The notes beneath the pieces are model-generated. The model saw only the letters and a list, made by a program, of their open reading frames with translations, did no database searches and was not told where the DNA came from. Shown piece after piece: positions 12,771 through 24,014 of a stretch of 64,000 nt of DNA. Source of the DNA: Takakia lepidozioides (lineage: Eukaryota; Plantae; Bryophyta); the NCBI GenBank assembly GCA_030704615.1, contig CM060732.1:7378001-7442000 (forward strand), given 5' to 3'. A program made the position numbers and the translations under genes. Position 1 is the stretch's first letter, and every line of letters begins with the position of its first letter.

Positions 12771-15700
12771 ACTCACAGGACGTTGAATGGTTGGAGTTAC
12801 CACAGATGAAACCAAAACAGGTTGAGTATTTTGAAGTGCAGAGAGACGTGCTGCATACACCGTCTGGTCCCCCTCAAGACCAAATACGTGACGTCCAGAC
12901 TCGCGGGCAGCAATAAATGTAGAACCTGCAGGAAAAAAACATGCAATGGTGATATTATATCAGATAACAGTTAATGATCATGAATCAGCTTAGAAGATTT
13001 TAATTACAAAATGGAGACCAATGCAAACTTGTGCCAGCTTTGAGATCCAAAATGTGGGAGCCAGGAGGTGAGCATGTCTCCAACAACACTTGCATGAAGG
13101 CGGGACTATGGTCTCGTGCACCCCTCCAGGCTTGTTGAGGAGTTTGCATGGGTAGTGCAACATCTGGAATGTGGTTGTAGATGGCATCCAACTCAACAGG
13201 GTCTGCAAGGGGGTCCACAACTTTGCCAGACTCACGCAGTTTGAACAGTCCTCCTTGCTTGGTGAGGACATGGGCGTGGAAGAACATGGTCTGTTAGACG
13301 TGCCATTTCCACAAAAACAGTGCACCCGGATGGTTTAATAATATGTATGAGAGTAGCAAGATGAAACATCAAACAACGATATATTGAAGAGGGATGGTTT
13401 TTACCTTTCCTGTCTGAATGTGTAGAGGGGTGGTATTGATGCAAGTATATTTCCTTGATAATACGGAAATAGAGCTGCCCCTGGAGTAAGAAAAGAGCTC
13501 CAATTCAAAGGAATCATCGGAGCCCTGCAAGAACACCAAGCATCCATTGTCATCCAACAAGTCATTAGCAATGGAGAATGCATACTCCCAATACCGTTTA
13601 TCAAAAGCATTCCAGGGAGGAACCTGTACACCATCCAAACAACCCTGTACAGGCATTCCTGTTGGGCAGTCCACGATGATCATGTCCACAGCCACAGGCA
13701 CGCTTTTTCCATCCACAACACTAGACCAAGTTCTTGGCAACTGCAAACAACATACAGAAAATGTAGGAGTCAATAGCCGGATGATGAGGATATAAAAACA
13801 TCGAAGAATTCCTTACATTCAAGTTTGTTTGTTGGGGGAAACTCACATTTTTTAAGAACTCCATGAGCTCTTTCAAGGTCGCATCAGGAGATGTACTTGA
13901 GGCCTCCACCATATCAATGAAATGAGTAGGCATGATCTTCATGCGATACATGCTAGGTGCACCACCAGAAAATGACACTGCACTGTAAGGATGTTCGCCT
14001 GCCTTTGGCTTGTTTCCTCGAGTAGTAGGTGCAGGCACTACAACCAACTGATTTGAAGGATGTGAAGAACTACCAATAGGACCAGCAATAGAAGCCACAC
14101 CTGCATTGGGGGCCACACCTGCATTGACATCCGCACCTTTTCTTTTTCATGATTTGCGTTTTGGTACACCCACAACGGCAGGGACCACTTGGGCTACAAC
14201 GTCAGCGGCCTGTGTAGCAATCTGTTCTGCATGCTCCAGATCAAGAACATGGACTTCAGTGCAGATACCCCCTTCATCACTCACTGACTGCCTGCGAACA
14301 CATTCCTTATGAAGTCCCATTTCTGCATAGGGGATAGTACCCTTGGGCATATCCAAATACCAACCCCCCCTTCCCGGTGTTCCACACCCCAATCTTCCTC
14401 AATTGCAGGTGTGTACATGGAAGCTTGTTGAGCACCAAACTTCCAGGCCATCAAAAACTTGGGCTCAGCCTTAAGTCGATCACTCGGTACAAGCACAAAT
14501 CTCATGTACCTAAAATACAAACACATTCAAAGTTATTGTGGAGACAAATATTTATGCAACCTGTTCAACAATTGAACAAACACATTAAGAAACATGTATA
14601 TCCCAATGTACTAGAAAAATACTTGAAGCATAGACATTTTTTACTTACAAGGTGTATACACTATCTATGTACAATGCAATGGAAAGATGGTACCTGAATA
14701 AAATCCGTCTCACCACCTTCTCCCCACCTGTTTGTTGTTCCCAATCATTGCCTCTGAATGGCCCCTTTGGCAATGAGAACTCTCTATGAAACAACTCATT
14801 GAAATGAGTCATCTTCCATGTATCCATGTAGTCTCCCAGACTCTCACTCTCTCCTTCCTCCAAGGCAACATGAAATTGGCCAAGCTGAGTGGTGTACAAG
14901 GCAAACTGAGCCAAGGCAACCTTGCAAAGCTGCCAGAAAATACAGTCAGTTAAATAACTATGTTAATGTGTCATCAACAAAATGAATTAATTGCATTGAG
15001 ATGATAGTGATTGTATATGTACCTGCCATCAAAAAGTCATTCTATTCAACCAAGGATCAAGTGTTGGCCCACTGATAGGCCCGGGTGGAAAAAAATTACG
15101 GTCGTGAAGTGTTTGGTCTCCATTCCATATATGTAGCCATTCCACCTTTTCTTCAGGATCCACCTGGGCGGTAGCAATGTTCACCATTTTCTCTTGGGTC
15201 ATTTTCTCTTGGGTCATTTCCTCTAATCCTGCCTTTACACGTGACCAATGCAGTTTAAGTTCTTGGAGAAACCCCTCTCCAAGGGTTGGATCAGCAATAG
15301 GAAGCAACTTCACAAGCTGACTCTTGTGTTGCTCCCTTGCTTTCAATCCAGCCTGTCTCATTGTATCCTCTTGACTTTTTGGCCCCTCAGCAAGTTTGTA
15401 AGCTTCCCCTGCCATGCTTTGGGCCTCAACAATATCATGCTGCCAAAAGAACCAAAACAGTTCATAACATGAACCAGAGGTGAATCTTGTCTATGGATGC
15501 AATGAATGAAACTTGGTTAAGACATGATGTTACCTTGTACAAAATCTCTGTCATTGCATGGACTGTCAGGTTATACCAAGTCTTTCCTGCTTTCTTGATG
15601 CATTCGTCGTATTGCTCTTTCCTCAATACATTCTTCCATTCAGAGACAGGTGTAAGGCCAATCATATTGACCTTGCAAACCAAGTGCACAAATTTGGATG

Positions 15701-17982
15701 TAACATGTGCCCTCTCTGTTGCCCTGCACATATAAAATATGATCATTAGAAAGAAGATGTGTATATGTACATCCATTGAGCAAGAACATGACAACATTGA
15801 ACATGAAAGTAAATGAAGAATAGAAAGGAAACTCACACATTCACTCCATCCATGATGGACCTGAGGGAACCACGATTTTCAATGTCCGCATTGAGCACCC
15901 AACTTGTCACACAGACATGTCTTGACAAGTTGGCCCCATGAACTTCATTGATATAGGGATACCATGCTTGAAGACTATGATTCCCATCCCAGACATGAAA
16001 CATCTTCCCCCGAAGATGATGCAACTTTGGCTTGGACTCAAGATACTTCTCAAACTCATCATTGACTGTTTTCCAATGACTATCCCATGTAGAGATGATA
16101 TCAGGACCTACATCTATAGTAGATCCATCAATCCCCTCGACAGAAACATAGAACACGGCTGCTCCTGGATGGTATCCAGAATAGAAGTCTCCTCTAAGCT
16201 TTAGGATGTCGTTGGCAAGGGCAGGCCTAACAACCTGCATAAAAATCATGCGACACAATGGAATGTCCATAACTCCATCCTCAATGAGGAGGGACCTGAA
16301 AGTTACATTCAGATCTTGTTTCTTTTCCAGAATAATTGCCTGTTTGGCATCTAGAGAAAGATGATCACTAGATGTTGTATCCTCTTCATACTCATCTGCC
16401 CCCCAATTCCCTGCATCAATGTCGTCAATAATGGTTGCAAGCGTCCCGGCCTCCACAGCTTCAGTTGTAGTAGTAATTTCCTAATTCCATAGACCAAAAC
16501 AGTTCAAGATGTCAGTGTATGAGAAGAGCACATGTGTGAATGTATAATATGTATAAAGAGCAATTCAGTGTCATGGTTGCATGAAGAAAACAAATGAATT
16601 TGGATAGTCAACTAATTCCATGAATATCCTTGTCTTTCAAAGCATACAACTTGGAACAGAATACAGGCCTGAGCATCCCGACAGAGGACCTCCGACCACC
16701 TACGCCGGCGCATATGACACATATGTGCAACCAACTCAAAATTTGACAAGATTTGAGGCCCTTGAAGAAATTTTTGCTCAAGGAGCTCCAAATATATGCG
16801 CCGGCCCATACCATGGAAGGGAGGTTGTAGCCAAACATACAGGAGCACCTTGAAAGATCAAACTAGGCCTATGGAAGCATGTGGAGTTGTGGAGGTGGCA
16901 ACGTAGAAGCTTTGAGATACTTGAATACTGTGATCAGCCAAAATAGGGAAGGTTCCCCAAGCGTCTGCGCCGACGGAGGTGGCAGCCTCGACACTTTGGA
17001 GCTTACGTAACACAAGGAATACACAACAAAAAACCAAGCTCCAAGCATCTCTGCCGGCGGAGATGCTTGCATGAGGTTCCTGAAACCTAGGAGCTGAGCA
17101 AAAAACGATTGTGCTCAATGGGTATGCGCCGACGGATATGGCAGCCCAGCCCGCTTAGAGCATCAACAACTTATGAGAATGTGGAGAAACAAAAGAGATG
17201 GAAGGGGGGGGGAGAACTTCCTGAAATATGTGAGCAGCCCTGTTGCACGGGTTTGCGTTGACAGAGGTGGCAACCTTGGCGCTTTGGAGCTTCCGTAACA
17301 CAGGGAATATGCAAAAAAAACCAAGCTCCAAGTGTCTCCGCCAGCAGAGACGCTTGCAGGAGGTTCCTGAAACCTATGTGCTGAGCAAAAAAAAATGTAC
17401 TCAATGGGTATGCGCCGGCGGATATGCCAGCGCAGCCCGCTCGGAGCATCAACAACTTTTGAGCATGCGGAAAAACAAAGGAGATGGAAAAGGGGAGAAC
17501 TTCCTGAAACATTTGAGCAGCCTTGCTGCACAGGTATGCGCCGGCGGATACGCCAGCCCAACCGGCTCGGAGCATCAACAACGTATGAGCATGCAAAAAA
17601 ATAAACGAGATGGAAGTAGAGGAGCACTTCCTGAAACATGTGAGCATCCTAGCTCCAATGGTATGCGCCGGCGGAGGTGGCAGCCCAGCCCTTCCAAGCA
17701 TCAGAAAAAACCAAGGGGAATGAGCTGTCTCCGCCGGCGGAGACGGTTGTGTGTATGTGTGGAGATTTGCAAACTTGTGAGAGTTGAAGTGACTTAGGCA
17801 TCTGCGCCGGCGGAGGTGCTAGATTAGGAGCAGCTTGGTGGGGCTTATGCGATGGCGCATATGCCTAAGTGCAGGTCATGAAAAAAAACAAAACTACAGC
17901 TTACCTTCTTCGTCCGCAGCTAGCCTCTACCACCACCACCACCAGCAACACCTCCCCCTCGAGTGTCCTTCTTCCTCCCCAT
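12770..17982 (-). pseudogene. Multi-exon ParB/Srx-like + amino-methyltransferase-like fusion, diverged paralog B
   Basis: DIPLCRMIFMQVVRPAL...MFHVWDGNHSLQAW (15833-16456), IADPTLGEGFL, VDMIIVDCPTG (~13670), LLDDNGCLVFL, FMQVLLETCSPPGSHILDLKAGT, STFIAARESGRHVFGLEGD (~12870-12925). Several introns sit at the same positions as in paralog A. Putative first exon ATG 17982 to donor 17904 is an inference. The 3' end runs into the repeat array. Confidence 0.7.
16680..17820. repeat. Degenerate array with core T(A/C)TGCGCCGGCGGA / CTCCGCCGGCGGAG (~11 copies), probably in intron 1 of paralog B
   Basis: Motif copies near 16701, 16795, 16963, 17049, 17121, 17336, 17408, 17533, 17660, 17728 and 17801. Confidence 0.8.
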
Positions 17983-19011
17983 CGCCGCAACAGCTCGTTG
18001 CCTCGGGGTGGTTGAGTATAAGGCCGAGATGCGGCGCCTCCGTCTCCTCTTCGCAACGGGAGTCTCCAGGATGTAGAGACTAGAGACGTGTTAAGTGCTT
18101 GTGTAGTTTGTGTGTTTGTTTGGGGGAGTGGCAAGGGATAATGTGCAAGTATACTAGACTACGTTAGTGTAGTAATGATACCGGGTTAGACATATAGTAA
18201 TGGCAACAAGTTTAACGGAATAGAAACAGTTTATTAACAAAAAAGTAGAGGTTGTTTCATTGAATAGAGCATGGCTTGGTGGTAAGGTTGTGGTGTATTT
18301 TCCACTAGGATGCGGGTTCAAACCTGTGCCCGCCAAGGAGAGCGGGGAGAAAGGGGGGCGAGGGCGAGGGCTAAGGCCTTAAAAAGCCCAAATTGGCCAA
18401 ATCTGAAATGTGAACCTTTTTTATACACTCTGGCGTTAGTGCTTTTTGGACTACATGGGTTACACGTGGATCCTCAGAAGATGGTTGTACGATTGACATG
18501 TTACTTTGTGGCGGCGCCTTCATAATACAACATAAAGTAAGTGATAAAGTAACTAAATATTTTGTTATGGGTGTCTTAATCAATTTATTGGTTTTAGAGT
18601 CAATTGTCGCCACAAATACTTGTACTCATTACTCATACATGAGTAATCAAAGAACAAATCAACATACATGTCATGGGATTTGATTGTAAATAAATTGTGC
18701 CGTCTAGTGTGTCAGTTCATAGTTGGACGATTAATCAACGATTGGTTTTAAAATAAATGGAAACATGCAGAGCATTTATGTTTCATATGCTCATATGAAG
18801 AAGGCAGTACATTGGATTCTAAGATCTCAACAACGGTGCCGTTGTCTTAAAAATAGGGGATAGTCCATTTAGTTGTTTCTGTCAGAGAATAATATGGATG
18901 AAGCACATGCCTCAAAAAATTTGGACCTTCTGGATTGATGATACACATAAGTAATGTAAGCCATTTAATGTATTTGCATAAGGTCTTGCAAGATGTGCAC
19001 TTTCATTCATT

Positions 19012-22000
19012 TTGCATCTTCTCTCAAACTTTGAGGGCATTGCCAAATGTCTACACCAAAATATGCATTGCTTTCATGTCCACCTGATGCAAGTGGTTCG
19101 TTATCCTTGCAATGGAAACAAGTGCATTATCCCAGAACCTTGCTTATGCAATAGATTCAAACCTGTTCCGGGTTCAGTTTTTTTGGAGGATGATGGAGAT
19201 GATGATGTCTCCACAGTGTTGCTTCCAGTTTTCAATGACGGCCAAAAGCAATGGGAGTTGTTTCCAGACACTTTCTCCAAGTACCGTGTCACAGGTACGA
19301 GCTATACACAGTCACATGATGAGATGCACACTTCTGTTGCAAGAAAGAACGATCAAGCTGCAACAAATGGGAGTTGTAAATTGAAGGAGGAGGTTGCAGA
19401 TTCGGCAAGCTTGGGGTCTCATAATTCGGATTGTGTTGAGGTTTCTAAGAGTGTATTTTGTGGATCTCAACCTACCTCATCTGCTCATACGGTCTTGCTT
19501 CACGACATGAAGCCTCGGAAAACTCCATTGGACAACACCACGTCTGATTGTTGCGAATCTGCGAGGGGTTTATCTTCATCTCCACGACTAGCAGGGGAGG
19601 CTACATCTGCATTTCCTTCTGGTGTGTTGTCCATTTTGAGTATCTTGGCCACTGCTCGGAGGAATGGATCAAAAGAGAGCTTTCTACCTTGGACTATAGT
19701 CACATTCCAGTGCATCGTGTTCGGTGTCTTCCTTGAGCTTTTGATGGAAAAGTGATCCACGAACTCCCCCCCCCCGTGGTCAAACTACGTATGGACCGTG
19801 GTTCACAGTCCCTCCAAGGCATGGACCGCAAGTTTGATGGTCATCCTTGGTGCAAGACCAATACCTACAATATGTCTGGTGTTCCAGATCATGTGAATGT
19901 AGTAAGGTTCTTTGTGTTGGAAAGCTCATATGTCAAAGCAGCACTTGCCCCTTCTACAAGAAAGAAGGAGAACGGAATGACCGCTATTGGGAAGGCAATG
20001 CAGACAAGGTGTTCATTGCAGGAGCCCAAGTTCCATTCAACCAGTTCAAGTGTAGTTTCTGCAAAGAAAGACCTTTCTGTGAGGCGCATTGTGGGGCAAG
20101 AATGTACTATGTCACAAGTTCCCTTCCAACATATACACGTGTTGCAGTTCACGTTGGGTTTCATAACCATCCATGTGCTAAGGGCGAGAATAGAGAGGCT
20201 GCTGAAAATGCATCAAGCATGATTCAAGAGCACGTTAAGATGAAGCCATGGTCGACCCCGGGAGCTATTTCCTTGTCAATGGCCCAGAAGCTCTTGATTG
20301 ATCGAGTTCTTGTGGCTGATGGCACAGAGACAGTACGTCTTGAGGGAGAGGCTTTGGAAGATATTCTTGAAGAGTTTGCCCATGTTTGTAGCCCCAATGT
20401 GAAAAACAAGGTCGCATCTGCACGTGTCAATTCCATCATGTCCATATTGGAGTTGAAGCATCTGAGTACATACCATTTCATTCACAGCAATCTCCTTCCA
20501 GGCCAGCATACTTCTCATCTCCCCATGTTTTCAAGATGTTTGTTGCTGGTCCCGGGAGTGGTGTTGATCTTGTGCGTCGCAAGTTGGGTAGTATTTGACC
20601 ATGTCAAACGCATCAAGGATTGGACAACTCTTGCGTGTCATGTCTATGAACCATATGTCAAGCGAATGATGACCATTGCCATTTGCGATATGAAAACAGA
20701 GGATGTAGATGCTCAGGTGTTATTCTGGGAGATGATCAATGAATAAGCAAAACTTGCTGGCTTGAACAAACCAAATTTTGCTGGCTTCATGGCGGATGCA
20801 GCAGGAGCGAATTGGGCTGCTGTTCGAAGGGTTTATGGATCTGATCCCAATGTCCCAATGGAAGGTAAAGAAAGAACATGTTTATATCATTGGGCTGAAA
20901 GCCTCCGAAGACACACCAACGACTATATCTTGGAGGACTTCCGTGAAAGGCACACTCAGCTCTGTTATGAATGGAAAGATAGTGCTACCTTGGAGGATGC
21001 TACAACCACATACATTGCAATTCGGGCTTGGTGGCTCTCTTCAGGAGCATGCACAAAAAAAAGTTTGCCAAAACTGGATTCATGGCTTGCATGGTGGCAC
21101 TACAGATATCAAATGTGGGGCCAATGGATGAGAGAGGACATGGATGTGGAGGCAGATACAGATATGCCTACCACTAATTTGTCTGAGGCAATCCATTCTG
21201 CCTGGTGGAAGACAGCAGGCAATGAGAAAGAAATGAAGGTGGATCTATATGAGGCCACCATGCATGACATGTCACGAGCTCTTTTGCAGCAGACAATATT
21301 TTACAGGCACACCACAGGAAAGACATGGGGGACGGGGCCCGACAAAGAGGAGCTCATGTTGCGTCAAGCAACTAGATCTAATAGCCCAGCAAAAATGGGT
21401 AAGGTTGTACGTGGCATAGTAGCTGGAACACCCATGCACACAAGGGGGGTTCAATTGGAGGGAGACAATCGCACTGTTCCAGTCAAACGCAAGTTAGGCG
21501 ATGAGCATGGTGGGCCAAATGAATCTTGGAGGTGTGATATGAATGTAAAGACCGTTCCAGTGCGCGCCACTGGGATGCCCAGTCCACACCAGCCATCTAG
21601 GTTTGTCAGCTCCAAATCAAGTCATGACATTCCTGGTTCTTCGACTTTCTGTGAGACAAATCCACATGTTGCTATCCCTCCTCAGCCAATGCAATGGGGA
21701 AATCCAGTGAGAGAGACACAAGACTTTTCCGATGCATTATTCAGGATTCAGCGGACAGGTCCTGCTTCCATGGTTCGTTGTTCTGCCTTGGTTGGAGTTT
21801 CCAAGGATAAATGCAAAGCGCTCATCAGGAAAGGTAAAGGAAGTCCTGCACCTTGCTTCACTGGCAAGTTACTAGCACCGAACATGAAAGAACCAAAACT
21901 GCAAGTTTTTTGGTTTTGCCCCACAGATGTTTTGTCGTGTGTTGGAGGGACCGTGCCATCCTATTGCTTGGGAAAACCGGGTATACCTAACGTGTGGCTT

Positions 22001-22527
22001 GTGAAGGTTGGAACCAACCTTACACAAGAAGAGGTGGACACTTGACCCTTGCAGGTTTTCGACTAGTCCATCCTCCCAACGTTCCTGATCCGAACTTTCT
22101 TGTGGGACCACTTCCTGTGGGTAAGTATCCCACTACACGCTATGGGGTGCGCATTCGGCGTCGGGATCCGACTCCTCGACACTTGAATCGCCAAGAGTCA
22201 GCGGAGACTCTTATTGCTGAGGTTCGTGGATTCAGAAACGTGCCTCAGCCAGGTTATGGGAGAATTTACAAGCTACAAACAGAGGGATCTACCAGAGCAG
22301 GATTGGTTTACAATGTATACATTGGTAAGTTTCCATCTTGTGTTTGTTCCGACTTTGATGAGCTATCTGTCAAGAAGAAAAAACAAACATATCTACCTTG
22401 TAAGCACATGTACTTCATGTACAACGTGCATCTAGGATGCGCCGGGGCTTATGAGATCCACCAACCTTCCCTTAGCCAGTTGGAGGTTAGGGCTATGCTA
22501 AAGAAGGACCCTAGTTCAACTTCTTAG
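19012..22527 (+). pseudogene. MULE-type DDE transposase with N-terminal GCM/WRKY-like Zn domain and C-terminal SWIM finger; frameshifted
   Basis: WCKTNTYN..C.G.L.C....C...C..C...C.....VHVGFHNHPC, VVFDHVKR (D1), GFMADAAGA (D2), CLYHW (CxxH), TTNLSEAIH (E), YNV...CVCSDF...LPCKHMYF (SWIM). Frameshifts and a stop at 20744-20746. Confidence 0.8.
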
Positions 22528-24014
22528 TGACACATGAAATGCACAAAAAAAGAACCTCTAACTTGTGCCGTTCATTTTCATGCATGTGACATGTAATTAT
22601 CTTGTTACTACTTTATTCCAAACATGACACGTAGCATTTGTTAGTACAGAAGTTCCTATTTTGGTTAAAATGGAACTTGTGTACCTGTCATACAAGTTTT
22701 CAAATTATAGAACTACTTGGCATTACAAACAGACATGCAATGTGGTGGTTCCAAACATGACACATATGCATTTGTTACTACAAAAGTCCATATTTTGGTT
22801 AATATGAAACTGTTTTCCTTGAATACAAGTTTGCGAACTATTACTTTGGCCAGGGATCTTGTATTCTCTTCAGTTTAAGGTGGTGCATTAGTTGGAGTTA
22901 GGGGTCACATGCATCTTTGACCGTTGACTACTGATTTTGTTAGCTAAGATTACTATTATTTTTTATATACATATGATGTAACATTTGCATATGCAATAAA
23001 TACGTCGTATTCTATGTTATATAATTCCGCTGCATACTACAATGTGTGCATACAAATTTGTCACATGCATATATAATAAGGGATTTTGTGCATGCATGCA
23101 CGCAACCTGTGCATATGGAATAGCAACCCCCCATCAAATATGTCATTCAATAATTACATGTATGTGCGCAACGTACACGAATGCAAAGTTTCAAACCCAA
23201 ACAAAATCATTTGCCCCCCCAATGACGCATTCACCCTATCAACCAATTTTTGTTTATTAATGTGAAAGAAAATCCTCTCATGCCATTGCACCCAACAAAC
23301 AGATGTGGCTCAAGCTTTATTTTTTCCTACATGTGCTTAAATATGTGTGCAACACCTGTACAAAGATCCAGCAGGAAATAAATAAATAAATAAAATGCCT
23401 CCCCAACGACGCACTCACCCTTGAATTAAATCGAATTTAAATGAATCTAAAATAAATATTTGCATTTAGAAAATATATGATTGCGGTTTTGAGAGGCATA
23501 ATGATTTTATTTTTAGCTGTATTTTGTTCTGTGACATCGGGCTTTGCACCACTACATCCATGCAAAAAATGGGACAAAAAAAAATGGAAAAAAAATAAGT
23601 GTGTTTCTAGGGTCACTTTTGCAGAATGCTCTATGAAGAGTGCATGAAGTTGAAGACAACTCAACTTTGGAGTGCAAATGAGAGAATAAAATCTGGTTAT
23701 GGGTCAAAATGACTTTTGTTTACTCCCAAATTTTGCACGCACATTGCATATCCTATCATTAAGCATATGGCTTGAAAATGGAATAAAAAAAAATTCATCT
23801 GCAGACGAAACACAATTTTCTGTCTCTATGACATGTAGCTGCGTTCAACACTAGAATGACCCATTGAATCAACTTGGTTCAAGCTCATATTTGGTCCACA
23901 TGTGCATAAGTATGTTTAGATCACATATGCAAAGTTGCAACCCACACGAGCAACAAGATTTTTTTTTTTATCAATCGATTAATCGGATGTATACAAAGGA
24001 CATCATGAGAATAT

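Larger units (their letters stand above)
4664..23131. mobile_element. Mutator-like (MULE) element or two-element chimera carrying ParB-MTase-like cargo genes and a transposase
   Basis: Left end GGGGGCTGCTATTTCAT (4664). Right end reverse complement GGGGGTTGCTATTCCAT (23115-23131), 15/17 match. The same left end starts the copy at 59564. MULE transposase lies inside. No TSD found. Confidence 0.65.

Noticed and set aside
4876-17982. Bacterial or phage contamination as the source of the ParB/MTase motifs
   Set aside because: The genes have spliceosomal introns at conserved positions and are embedded among plant-type transposons.
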